Assembly (NCBI GenBank): GCA_945949735.1 | Contig: CAMFFO010000001.1 | Span: 35,362 to 99,361, forward strand | Source: an uncultured Clostridia bacterium | GTDB taxonomy: Bacteria; Bacillota; Clostridia; Oscillospirales; Oscillospiraceae | DNA length: 64,000 nucleotides | Direction: 5' to 3' | Shown here: one piece after another, positions 54,188 to 63,224 of the stretch | How the letters are laid out: the number at the start of each line of letters is the position of its first letter | Position numbering within the stretch: the stretch's first letter is position 1 | Notes under the pieces: model-generated | The model's database searches: none | What the model was told of the DNA's origin: nothing | The model's input: only the letters and a program-made list of their open reading frames with translations | Position numbers and translations under genes: made by a program

Positions 54188-55222
54188 TCAGGTACGAATC
54201 AAATCTTCAAAACCGGGACTGTAGAAGAGGTTCCCCTCAGCATCCATCCACATTGCCACGGCACCACATTGCTCCAGAAGCTGCTGCCCTTCCTCCCGGG
54301 GCATCAGGAACAGTGCTGTGGACAGCGCGTCCGCCAGACCGGAATCCGGGCAGACCACCGTCACCGCGCGCCACTGTTCCCCAGGGAACAGCGTGTTTGG
54401 ATCAATGATATGATGATAGACCTTTCCATCCACCACATAATACCGCTGGTAGTCACCGCTGGTCACAACAGCCTGGTCTGCGATGTTCAGCGTATGAAGG
54501 TACTCGCTTCCGCCGTCGGGATCTGTGATTCCAACGACCCAGGGCGTACCCGACGCATCCTTGGGCCCCGTAGCGCAGACGTTTCCCCCCACGCTGATCA
54601 GCAGCCCCTCAGGAGCCTTCCGGGCCACCTGCTGGACGGACCATCCCTTGGCAACCGCGCCCACATCCAGACGAAGCTCGGGATCCGTCAGGAAAACCGT
54701 TGATGCCTGAGGGTCCAAAATGACATCATCCCAGCTCGTATGCCGGCCTGCTTCTTCCAGAGAATAGGGGTCAGGAAGCGCCGCCGAAGCCGGATCGTCC
54801 AGTCCGGCGGTTCTTGCCTCATGCCACATGGACAGCACGCTGCCCATAGCAGTGTTCACCAGGTGACCGGTCAGTTCATAGTAGTCCCGGCAATCTGTCA
54901 GCAGCCGGATGATCTCGCCATCCACCTGGACGGGGGCAATCCCCGCCATGTCGTTTACCGTTTTCAGGTTGTTGATGCCCTCATATTCGTGATAGATATC
55001 AAACAGCCTGTGGTAAACCAGCAGTTCGTCGTGGATTTCCTGGGCCTGAACCGAAAAATCCTCCTGGCTGTCGGCCAACCCGCTGATATATGTCACGGTA
55101 TCAAACAGAGTCAGAAAGGTTGCCTGATACTGTTTTCTTTCCGTTCCCCGGAAGGCGCACCCGGTCAGCAGCAGCCCGATGGCAGCGATCAGCGCGGTAA
55201 GTTTTAAAAGCATTCTCTTCAT
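54188..55222 (-). CDS. apbE: FAD:protein FMN transferase lipoprotein
   Basis: Lipobox LTGC; LDVGAVAKG, SVGGN, VVTSGDYQRY, YHHIIDP, ADALSTALF. Confidence 0.94.
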   Translation of the reverse strand: MKRMLLKLTALIAAIGLLLTGCAFRGTERKQYQATFLTLFDTVTYISGLADSQEDFSVQAQEIHDELLVYHRLFDIYHEYEGINNLKTVNDMAGIAPVQVDGEIIRLLTDCRDYYELTGHLVNTAMGSVLSMWHEARTAGLDDPASAALPDPYSLEEAGRHTSWDDVILDPQASTVFLTDPELRLDVGAVAKGWSVQQVARKAPEGLLISVGGNVCATGPKDASGTPWVVGITDPDGGSEYLHTLNIADQAVVTSGDYQRYYVVDGKVYHHIIDPNTLFPGEQWRAVTVVCPDSGLADALSTALFLMPREEGQQLLEQCGAVAMWMDAEGNLFYSPGFEDLIRT

Positions 55223-55233
55223 CTTTCATAAAG

Positions 55234-55264
55234 CTTTGGCTGTCGGAAACCCAACAGCCAAAAG
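55234..55264 (-). repeat. Intercistronic hairpin after the lipoprotein gene
   Basis: TTTGGCTGTTGG-GTTT-CCGACAGCCAAA on minus strand, weak U tail. Confidence 0.6.
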
Positions 55265-55270
55265 GTCAGA

Positions 55271-56326
55271 TTATTGTGCGGCTGCTTTCGCGATCAGAGC
55301 CTGGAAACCAGCAATGGAGATGGTCACGGAGGCGGCAAGATCGGCATCCGCAGGGGCTGTCTTTTCATTCACGGCGATCCCGGCAACCTCTTCGGCAGTC
55401 TTGCCGGTCACATAGGCGGCAAACGCTGCAGCCTGCTCGTTCCACTCATACTTGGAACCGGCATAGGCCTTCAGGCCATAGCCCTCCCCCATTTCATTCT
55501 TGGTCAGAATGGGAGCGGACAGGTCGGTGGTAATGGTTCCGGTGGTATCAAAATTGACCTTTGCCTGAACACTGTCAATATAGCAGGAGGTAATCACCCC
55601 GCCATTCATGGTCACAGCGGTTACATCCGCATCCAGCTGGGCGGTGCCCGCCTTGTCACCCTCAGGGTTCTTGCTGCTGCCCACGCTGTTCAGGGAAGCA
55701 AGCACCAGCTTGTCGCCGGAAGAAGCGCCCAGGTGCTGCGCGTTGTTTACGGCAGCTTCGATGGCGGAGACATAGCCGCCCAGATAAATCGTAGCTGTGG
55801 AAGCCAGATCCGCATCGGCGGCATGGCCGGTCTCGTCCACAGCGCCGCTTTTCAGCTCCTCAACAGTCTTGCCGACGGCGTAGGCGGCGAGGGCAGCTAC
55901 CTGCTCATTCCACTCATACTTGGAGCCGGCGTAGGCTTTCATGCCATAGCCTTCGCCCAGCTCATTCTTGGTGGGAACCTCCGCGGAGATGTCGGAAGTG
56001 ATCACGCCGGAAGCGTCGAACTTAACGGTAGCGGGAATGCTGTCAATGACACAGGACTCAATGACGCCCTCGTCACTGACGGTTACGGCAACCAGCGTAA
56101 CGTCAAACTTCGCCTGACCATTCTCCTCTGCGGCAGCGCTCTTGCTTTCGGATGCGGAAGCGCCCACATAAAGACCGGTTTTTACCGGGGCGGCAGACCC
56201 GGGAGTCCCGGTGGAAGGGGTTTCCGCAGGGGCAGTGGACGGAGCGGACACCGGCTCTCCGGAGCACCCGGCCAACAGGCCCAGTGCAAGTACCATTGCC
56301 ATGAGAATTGCAACGCATTTTTTCAT
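55271..56326 (-). CDS. Lipoprotein with two tandem putative FMN-binding domains
   Basis: Lipobox LAGC; P/S/T linker; duplicated TKNE.GEGYG.KAYAGSKYEWNEQ and DADLA(STAT/ASVT)I. Confidence 0.82.
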   Translation of the reverse strand: MKKCVAILMAMVLALGLLAGCSGEPVSAPSTAPAETPSTGTPGSAAPVKTGLYVGASASESKSAAAEENGQAKFDVTLVAVTVSDEGVIESCVIDSIPATVKFDASGVITSDISAEVPTKNELGEGYGMKAYAGSKYEWNEQVAALAAYAVGKTVEELKSGAVDETGHAADADLASTATIYLGGYVSAIEAAVNNAQHLGASSGDKLVLASLNSVGSSKNPEGDKAGTAQLDADVTAVTMNGGVITSCYIDSVQAKVNFDTTGTITTDLSAPILTKNEMGEGYGLKAYAGSKYEWNEQAAAFAAYVTGKTAEEVAGIAVNEKTAPADADLAASVTISIAGFQALIAKAAAQ

Positions 56327-56377
56327 ATTTATGTACCTCCATTCAGTGAACGGCTGTTTTGCAGCCTTATCAGCAGA

Positions 56378-56430
56378 ATCATACCAGCCTTTCCTTAACA
56401 GAGCCTGTCGAATTCCTTAATATTCGTTAA
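56378..56430 (-). promoter_or_regulatory. Extended -10 promoter with TTAAG direct repeats (putative response-regulator sites)
   Basis: TGGTATGAT preceded by TTAACGAA, TTAAGGAA, TTAAGGAA at 10- and 22-bp spacing; no good -35. Confidence 0.55.
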
Positions 56431-57464
56431 GATTCGGCAGATTTTTCATTCTTTGCGCCGCAATGTCTGGGAAGGGTTACGGTAAACACAGTTCCCTTCC
56501 CCACCGCGCTTTCCACATGGATGGTTCCATGGTGCTCTTCCGCCACCTGAGCAGCAATTGCCAGGCCCAGTCCGGTTCCTGCTCCCGCCTCCTTGGTCGT
56601 AAAAAAGGGCTCAAAAATGCGGGGAAGATTCTCCTCTGGAATGCCGCAGCCGGTGTCCGATACCGCCAGGAACGCGGAATCTTCATCAAACCAGGTATCC
56701 ACGGTCAGTATTCCGCCTTTTTCCGATATCGCCGAAAAACCGTTCAGAATCAGATTCAGCAGGAGCTGGGAAAGCTGCAGTTCATTTGCCTGAATCCGTT
56801 GATCCCAGCAGTTCAGATTCAGCTTGATCTCCACCTGTTCCGGCTTGGCAGGGGTCGCCACATCCAATGTTTTCTTGACCAGTTCATCCAGGGACACCTC
56901 CCGGAAAAACGCCCCGGAATTCCTGCGGGACAGATCCGAAAGTCGGGATGTGATCGCTTTTGCTTTTCTGGACGCCTCATAGATTTCCAGCACGCCATCG
57001 TAAAGCTCCGTATCCTGCTCGTCAATCCGTTCCAGCGCCATCAGGCTGTAACCCATGATCGGAGTCAGGAGGTTATTGAATTCATGGGAAATGCTGGAGG
57101 TCAGGGTTCCGATCAGTTCCAGCCTTTGGTGGTGCGCCAGATCCTGCATCTGACGATTCAGTTCCTCCATAGCCTCATTTTTCCGTTTTAATGCCCGGAT
57201 CTCCCGGCGTCCCCTTCCAAACATCCACACAATCAGGATCAGGCACAGTCCAACTCCGGCGACAATCATTCCGCTGTAAACCAGGAGCATCATCGCCTCC
57301 GGCTTCAGGGCGGTCAGCAGCGCCTCATGGCTGGTGTGTTCCATTACAATTCCTTCGCATCGTCTGAACACGCGCATAACCATCGTCCATCCGGCAATCG
57401 GCAGGATCAGGCATCCCGCAAGCATCAGCCCCCATACGGAAAAGATCCATTTTTTACTTTTCAC
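56427..57464 (-). CDS. Sensor histidine kinase
   Basis: Two TMs, [11 protein letters not shown]-box, [25 protein letters not shown]. Confidence 0.94.
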   Translation of the reverse strand: MKSKKWIFSVWGLMLAGCLILPIAGWTMVMRVFRRCEGIVMEHTSHEALLTALKPEAMMLLVYSGMIVAGVGLCLILIVWMFGRGRREIRALKRKNEAMEELNRQMQDLAHHQRLELIGTLTSSISHEFNNLLTPIMGYSLMALERIDEQDTELYDGVLEIYEASRKAKAITSRLSDLSRRNSGAFFREVSLDELVKKTLDVATPAKPEQVEIKLNLNCWDQRIQANELQLSQLLLNLILNGFSAISEKGGILTVDTWFDEDSAFLAVSDTGCGIPEENLPRIFEPFFTTKEAGAGTGLGLAIAAQVAEEHHGTIHVESAVGKGTVFTVTLPRHCGAKNEKSAES

Positions 57465-57559
57465 CCAATCCCCCCTTGCAAAACAGGATAAACCACCCTA
57501 TACTATGTATACTATTATCATAATCCATTGAAATGCGTCTGTAAAGGGGGAACTCATCC

Positions 57560-58243
57560 GTGGCGGATTCTGTTTTGATTGTGGATGACGATGAATCGGT
57601 TCTGACCATGCTCTACAAGGTCATCCGGAGCGCTGGGATGGAGGCGAAAACAGTTTCCGGCGGCGAGCAGGCTTTGGAGCTTGTTCGGGAGCATCCTTTT
57701 GATTTAATCCTTCTGGATGTGAATCTTCGGGGCATGGATGGGTTTCAGGTCATCCACGAACTTCGCGGCAGGGGGATCAAGATCCCCATCATCATCGTCA
57801 GCGGCAGGAAGGAGGACTACGACACCCTCTACGGGCTGGATATCGGCGCGGATGATTATATCACAAAACCCTTTAATCCGGTGGTGCTTGCCGCAAAGGT
57901 CAAGGCCCTTATCCGCAGAAGCCGGGGAAATCTGACCGGAGGCAATGCAGTCATTTCGGCGGGCCCATTCCAGTACAATACCAGCACCCTCAGATTTTAT
58001 AAAAACGGCCAGGAAATTGTCCTCTCCTCCAGGGAGAACGCCATGATGAAGCTGTTTCTGGACAATGTCAACCGTATTTTTCCCAAAGATATGCTCTATG
58101 AGTTGATCTGGGGCGAAACCATCGTGGATGAAAACGCCATTATGGTCTATATCAACCGTCTGCGGCAGAAGATTGAAGAGGATCCCTCCAATCCGAAGTT
58201 CATTCAGACCGTCCGCGGCCTGGGCTATCGATTCGTTGTCTAA
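57560..58243 (+). CDS. OmpR-family response regulator
   Basis: LIVDDD, LLDVNL, GADDYITKPF, winged helix IQTVRGLGYRF. Confidence 0.95.
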   Translation: MADSVLIVDDDESVLTMLYKVIRSAGMEAKTVSGGEQALELVREHPFDLILLDVNLRGMDGFQVIHELRGRGIKIPIIIVSGRKEDYDTLYGLDIGADDYITKPFNPVVLAAKVKALIRRSRGNLTGGNAVISAGPFQYNTSTLRFYKNGQEIVLSSRENAMMKLFLDNVNRIFPKDMLYELIWGETIVDENAIMVYINRLRQKIEEDPSNPKFIQTVRGLGYRFVV

Positions 58244-58295
58244 AAATCCGGCAGGATCCCCAGAGAACCCTGCCGAAACCATTCCCGAGACTTTT

Positions 58296-58628
58296 TTAGG
58301 GCTACACCGCATAATTCGGCAAGGAAGCTCAGCGAGAGATTTTGTGCCAGTTCAAAGTTTCAAAAACGGGGGAATACTGTATGTATTTCCCGTTTTTGAA
58401 ACTGCAGAAATGGTGCAAAAGATCCGCTGAGATCCGCTGACGCAATTATGCGGTGTTGCCTTAGGGCAACACCGCATAATGGGACAAGGAGATTCGGCGA
58501 GAGTATTGACCCGAGTGAAAGTAAGGAAAATGAGGGAATACCGGATGTATTTCCCATTTTTCATACTGCACGGTTGGGGCAAACGATCTGCCGAAGCCCG
58601 CAGCTCCCATTGTGCGGTGTTGCCTTAG
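58296..58628 (+). repeat. Tandem pair of ~160-bp hairpin elements separated and flanked by TTAG
   Basis: Unit 1 58300-58460, unit 2 58465-58624; termini GGC(T/A)ACACCGCATAAT / ATT(A/G)TGCGGTGTTGCC; shared apex GGAATAC-N3-ATGTATTTCCC. Confidence 0.88.
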
Positions 58629-59362
58629 TCAAATCGTGTGAATGCGTCCGCTTTTGTGACGCCTTTCACATGAATGTATACATCCATTCGCTGTACTCCA
58701 TCTTTTTCGTAAACGTACTCAAAACAGCTAAGAATATTGTCCTGGGGGCTCTCCCGGAAATTATTTGCCTGAAGATACTCCATGATTCGTTTGTAGGCAT
58801 TGGGGATTCTTTCAAATGGATTCTGAAAAGGGTCAAAAACAGTAATCACCGCGTAATCCGCTTCCAGCTGTTTCTCATATTCCACCCCCGAGCAATCCGT
58901 TTCAAAACCCTCCGGAAGAATATAGGCTGCCACATATCCACGAAGCCCAAACCGATTTTGCAGTTCCATGGAAACATAGGGAAAATCCCATCCGATCCGC
59001 TTTGCCCCCGGGTGCATAGTCAGCAAACCGCTGTTTCTTGCCCAGCTGTCCATATACGCATTTACATCGTCCTCCGGATTCGGGGAGATCATCACATATC
59101 TTGCCATAGTGAAGGGCTTCACCCTCCGGATTTCAATTTCCGAATAGATATCCTCCCGCAGCCGCAGGTTCTCCCGCACCAGCGCGTCCAGCTTGCAGGA
59201 AAACAGCTCACTCAGTTCCACGATCTTCCCCAGCTCCGGCGTCACCTCGTCCGACTCCCAGCGGGACACCGTCTGCCGGGATACATTCATCTTCTCCGCC
59301 AATTGCTCCTGGGTGATTTTCTTCTGCTTCCTCAAATATTGAATGTTTCCGCCTAAACTCAT
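58625..59362 (-). CDS. XRE-family HTH regulator with C-terminal GyrI-like effector domain
   Basis: LRKQKKITQEQLAE..VSRQTVSRWES N-terminus; C-terminal YAV..IP.AY..I.EY..CFE pattern. Confidence 0.85.
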   Translation of the reverse strand: MSLGGNIQYLRKQKKITQEQLAEKMNVSRQTVSRWESDEVTPELGKIVELSELFSCKLDALVRENLRLREDIYSEIEIRRVKPFTMARYVMISPNPEDDVNAYMDSWARNSGLLTMHPGAKRIGWDFPYVSMELQNRFGLRGYVAAYILPEGFETDCSGVEYEKQLEADYAVITVFDPFQNPFERIPNAYKRIMEYLQANNFRESPQDNILSCFEYVYEKDGVQRMDVYIHVKGVTKADAFTRFD

Positions 59363-59508
59363 ACCGCTTCCTCCGTTTCTGCTTTCGGTGTGGCATTATC
59401 CTATCACACTCCAGAGGCAATATCCACCACATTTCGCTTGCATTTTTCCTCCGCAATGCAACGTATCAGTTTACAAATCCACTTGAAGTACTCCAGAGCA
59501 ATTCCGTG

Positions 59509-59740
59509 AGATAAATTGTTGTTTGAAAAATAATGGTGTCATTGCGAGACCAGTGCGCACACTGGTCGTGGCAATCCCCCGGATAGAGGGGAAATGTTCC
59601 GAAAAGTACCAGTAAAACTGGGAGCAGCTGCGCTTTTTGGCGGTAATCGTTACCCGGTTCCATGGGGCCGGGGGATTGCCACGCCAGTGTGCGCACTGGC
59701 TCGCAATGACAGCAAGTATTCGACAAACAACAATTTATCT
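59509..59740. repeat. Second REP/MITE-like element of the same family as 47001-47295
   Basis: Perfect 17-bp IR AGATAAATTGTTGTTTG/CAAACAACAATTTATCT enclosing TGTCATTGCGAG..GTGGCAATCCCCCGG / CCGGGGGATTGCCAC..CTCGCAATGACA. Confidence 0.87.
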
Positions 59741-59826
59741 GATTGTTGGATGGTCATGCGCCGCTAATAAGCGGTATAGGTGGTCATTTCCGTTACAACG
59801 CACAGCGGGTTTCTTCCGTTCGGAGC

Positions 59827-59871
59827 AAAAACGCCTCCATACGGTCATGTTGACCGCATGGAGGTGTTTTT
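59827..59871 (-). terminator. Terminator after yajC
   Basis: AAAAACGCCTCCAT.CGGTCA..TGACCG.ATGGAGGTGTTTTT. Confidence 0.75.
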
Positions 59872-59883
59872 GAATCCAATATC

Positions 59884-60276
59884 TTACTTTTCCTTATTGG
59901 CCTTTTCCGCCTTCTTGGCGGCCTTGGCCTTTGCCTTGGCTTCCTGGGCCTTCTTGGCCTCTGCCTTGGCGTTCTCGGCAGCGGTTTCGTTGGTGGAGAT
60001 TGCCCACTTGGCAAACTCGATTCGAACCTGATCCGCGCCTGTCTCCAGAACGATCTTATCCTCCTTCACGTTTACGACAACACCGACAATGCCGCCGATG
60101 GTGGTAATCTTATCGCCGGTCTTGACGGAGGAACGCATCTGCTCCGCTTCTTTTTTACGCTTGTTCTCGGGGCGAATCAGCATGAAATAGAAAACGGCCA
60201 GCATAGCAACGATCATGATGATGGAGCTGGTCATACCGCCTGCAGAGGCTGCGGTGCTGGTGAGAAATTGAACCAT
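59884..60276 (-). CDS. yajC: Preprotein translocase subunit YajC (Ala/Lys-rich tail)
   Basis: FYFMLIRP, GDKITTIGGIVG; follows tgt. Confidence 0.93.
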   Translation of the reverse strand: MVQFLTSTAASAGGMTSSIIMIVAMLAVFYFMLIRPENKRKKEAEQMRSSVKTGDKITTIGGIVGVVVNVKEDKIVLETGADQVRIEFAKWAISTNETAAENAKAEAKKAQEAKAKAKAAKKAEKANKEK

Positions 60277-60344
60277 GGGAAAATCTCCTTCGTTTTTAAT
60301 ATAGGCATTATTATAGCATTGATTGCCCAAATTGCAAGGGGGAA

Positions 60345-61475
60345 TCAGATTCTTCTTGCTAATTTTCCGGAATATTCCCTCCGGAATTCCTCAAATCTCC
60401 CCTCGTCCAGAGCCTTTCGGATCCGCTCCATGAGCTTATTATAGAAATACAGGTTGTGCATGACGCTCAGGCGCATAGCGAGCATTTCCTCCGCCACAAA
60501 CAGGTGACGGATATAGGCCCGGGAATACCGGCGGCATACAGGACAGTCGCACTGGGGGTCGATGGGACTGTCATCCAGCTGATATTTGGCGTTTTTCAGA
60601 TTGATGGCCCCCTCCCAGGTAAAGAGCCGGGCGTGGCGGGCGTTCCGGGCGGGCATTACACAGTCGAAGAAATCCACGCCCCGCGCCACCGCTTCAATGA
60701 TGTTGGTGGGGGTTCCCACGCCCATGAGATACCGGGTTTTGTCCTTGGGCATGAATTCTTCCACCGCCTCAATGATGTCATACATTTCCTGCGCAGTCTC
60801 GCCCACAGCCAGGCCCCCGATCGCGTAGCCGGGAAGCTCCAGCTCCGCAATTCGTTTCATATGCGCAACACGAAGATCCGGGTACGTCCCACCCTGGTTG
60901 ATGCCCCAGAGCATCTGCTCCCGGTTCACGGTATCCGGCAGCGCATTCAGCCGGGCATTTTCCGCCTTACACCGCACAAGCCAGCGGAAGGTTCTGTCCA
61001 CACTGTCGCGGACATACTCCCGGGGAGCCGGATTCTCAATACACTCGTCAAAGGCCATGCAGATATCGCTTCCCAGGTTGGACTGAATCTGCATACTCTC
61101 CTCCGGGCCCATGAAAATTTTTCTGCCGTCGATGTGGGAAGAAAAGTACACCCCCTCCTCCTTGATCCGGCGCAGGGAGGACAGGCTGAACACCTGGAAT
61201 CCCCCGGAATCCGTGAGAATCGGCCCATCCCAGGTCATGAATTTGTGCAGCCCTCCCATCTGCCGTACCACTTTATCCGTGGGGCGAAGATGCAGATGGT
61301 AGGTATTGGAAAGCTCTACCTGGCATCCGATATTTTTCAGATCCTCGGCGCTTAAGGCCCCCTTGATGGCTCCCTGGGTGCCCACATTCATAAATACCGG
61401 GGTCTGCACCGTGCCGTGGGCGCAGGTAAACACGCCCCGCCGGGCTTTCCCTTCGGTTTTCAGCAGTTCAAACAT
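60345..61475 (-). CDS. tgt: tRNA-guanine transglycosylase
   Basis: TPVFMNVGT, NTYHL, TDSGGFQVFSL, RYLMGVG, CDCPVC zinc site. Confidence 0.97.
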   Translation of the reverse strand: MFELLKTEGKARRGVFTCAHGTVQTPVFMNVGTQGAIKGALSAEDLKNIGCQVELSNTYHLHLRPTDKVVRQMGGLHKFMTWDGPILTDSGGFQVFSLSSLRRIKEEGVYFSSHIDGRKIFMGPEESMQIQSNLGSDICMAFDECIENPAPREYVRDSVDRTFRWLVRCKAENARLNALPDTVNREQMLWGINQGGTYPDLRVAHMKRIAELELPGYAIGGLAVGETAQEMYDIIEAVEEFMPKDKTRYLMGVGTPTNIIEAVARGVDFFDCVMPARNARHARLFTWEGAINLKNAKYQLDDSPIDPQCDCPVCRRYSRAYIRHLFVAEEMLAMRLSVMHNLYFYNKLMERIRKALDEGRFEEFRREYSGKLARRI

Positions 61476-61478
61476 AGG

Positions 61479-62039
61479 TTACCTCTCTTTGTCCGGGTTA
61501 TAGAGAACGTACAGCCGTGTTGGCTCGATCGTTCCCATCCGGGTTTCAAAGTCAATATCCTTGAGATAGGAAAAGCCGCATTTTTCAATCACCCGCCGTG
61601 ATTGGCCATTTCGTATAAAATGGCAGCAGGTCAGGTAATCGAAGCCAAGAACGGTAAAGCAGTAGCCGATCACCGCATTAACCGCTTCCGGCATCAGTCC
61701 CCGCCCCCAGTAGTCCTTGCTTAATACGTATCCGATTTCCCTGCCCATCAGCGTGCCCGGGATTTCATCCTGTTCCTCTCTGGTCTCCAGCCCCAGGGAG
61801 CCAATCACCTTTCCGTTTTCCTTGAACTCCAGAGCGAAAGTTTTCTTTTCCCGGATAAACAGGTCAAGAATCATCTGCGATTTTTGAACGGATTCATGGG
61901 GCAGCCACCCGGCCATCTGTCCAACGCCATCCACACTGGCGTATTCATAGAAATCATCCAGATCACGCTGCCTCCAGGGCCGAAGGATCAGCCTCGGCGT
62001 TTCGATCCGGATATTGGTTACATCCACTGGTGCGTTCAT
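61479..62039 (-). CDS. RimJ/RimL-type GNAT acetyltransferase
   Basis: ETPRLILRP, EIGY.L...YWGRGLMPEA, N..S.RVIEKCGF. Confidence 0.9.
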   Translation of the reverse strand: MNAPVDVTNIRIETPRLILRPWRQRDLDDFYEYASVDGVGQMAGWLPHESVQKSQMILDLFIREKKTFALEFKENGKVIGSLGLETREEQDEIPGTLMGREIGYVLSKDYWGRGLMPEAVNAVIGYCFTVLGFDYLTCCHFIRNGQSRRVIEKCGFSYLKDIDFETRMGTIEPTRLYVLYNPDKER

Positions 62040-62049
62040 AGTATTCTCC

Positions 62050-63084
62050 TCAAATAATGCACATGGCATCCCCAAAGCTGAAAAAGCGATAACGTTCCTT
62101 CACGGCTTCCGCGTATGCGTTCAAAACGTGCTCTCTCCCGGCAAAGGCCGACACCAGCATCACCAGGGTACTTTCCGGAAGGTGGAAATTGGTGATCAGA
62201 CCGTCCATGGCCTTAAAGCGGTAGCCCGGGTAGATAAAAATATCCGTCCACTTGGAGCCGGCAGCAAAGCGGCCGTCCTCCCCTGCCAGGGATTCCAAAG
62301 TCCGGCAGGAAGTTGTGCCCACACAGATAATCCGCCCTCCATGCTGCTTCGTATGGTTCAGAATAGCGGCGGTCTCTCCGCTCATCATGCACAGCTCCGA
62401 GTGCATATGGTGGTCGGTAATATGCTCCGCCTTTACAGGCCGGAAGGTTCCCAATCCCACATGAAGGGTAACAAAAGCGGTGTTGACACCCATATTACGG
62501 ATCTTCTCCAGAAGCTCCTGCGTGAAATGCAATCCCGCGGTGGGGGCAGCAGCAGATCCCACCTCCCGGGAGTATACGGTCTGGTAACGCTCCTGGTCAG
62601 CAAGCTCCTCCTTGATGTAAGGGGGCAGCGGCATTTTCCCCAGCCGCTCCAGCACCTCCAGGAAAATCCCCTGATAGCAAAACTCCACCACCCGGTTTCC
62701 GTCCTCCCGAACCTCCCGCACCACGGCGGTCAGCTCCCCGTTTCCGAAGATCACCTCGCTGCCCACCTGCATTTTCCTGCCGGGTTTGCAAAGGCATTCC
62801 CAACATTTATCCCCCAGATCCCGAAGCAGAAGCACCTCCACGGCTCCTCCGGAGGGCCGGTGCCCAAGGAGTCTCGCGGGCAGCACCCGGGAATCGTTCA
62901 TCACAAGGCAATCCCCCGGGCGCAGATATTCCACAATATCATAAAAATGACGGTGGGAGATCTCCCCCGTTTCCCGGTTCATCACCATCAGCCGGGAGGA
63001 ATCCCGACGCTCCAGAGGTGTCTGGGCAATCAGCTCCTCCGGCAGGTCATACCAAAAGTCTTTTGTCATCATTGCGTCGTTCAC
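62050..63084 (-). CDS. queA: S-adenosylmethionine:tRNA ribosyltransferase-isomerase
   Basis: [55 protein letters not shown]. Confidence 0.97.
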   Translation of the reverse strand: MNDAMMTKDFWYDLPEELIAQTPLERRDSSRLMVMNRETGEISHRHFYDIVEYLRPGDCLVMNDSRVLPARLLGHRPSGGAVEVLLLRDLGDKCWECLCKPGRKMQVGSEVIFGNGELTAVVREVREDGNRVVEFCYQGIFLEVLERLGKMPLPPYIKEELADQERYQTVYSREVGSAAAPTAGLHFTQELLEKIRNMGVNTAFVTLHVGLGTFRPVKAEHITDHHMHSELCMMSGETAAILNHTKQHGGRIICVGTTSCRTLESLAGEDGRFAAGSKWTDIFIYPGYRFKAMDGLITNFHLPESTLVMLVSAFAGREHVLNAYAEAVKERYRFFSFGDAMCII

Positions 63085-63166
63085 AGCCTACGCTCCTTCC
63101 AGGACAGTCCTTATCCAAGTGATTCTATCAAAATCCTGCAGAAAACGCAAGGACTTTTCAAAACGA

Positions 63167-63196
63167 TTGACGGATTCCGCAATCCCGTGCTATACT
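63167..63196 (+). promoter_or_regulatory. Sigma-A promoter of hydrolase gene
   Basis: TTGACG-18 bp-TATACT with TG extension. Confidence 0.6.
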
Positions 63197-63224
63197 GACG
63201 AAAAAGAACAGGAGGGAGTAAATA

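Noticed and set aside
52838-54703. 621-aa + strand ORF
   Set aside because: Antisense shadow of rnfC and apbE.
58296-58628. CRISPR array interpretation of the repeats
   Set aside because: Units are ~160-bp self-complementary hairpins with homologous interiors rather than unique spacers; no cas genes in the window.
59884-59985. Low-complexity GCCTT repeats
   Set aside because: They encode the Ala/Lys-rich tail of YajC, not an independent element.
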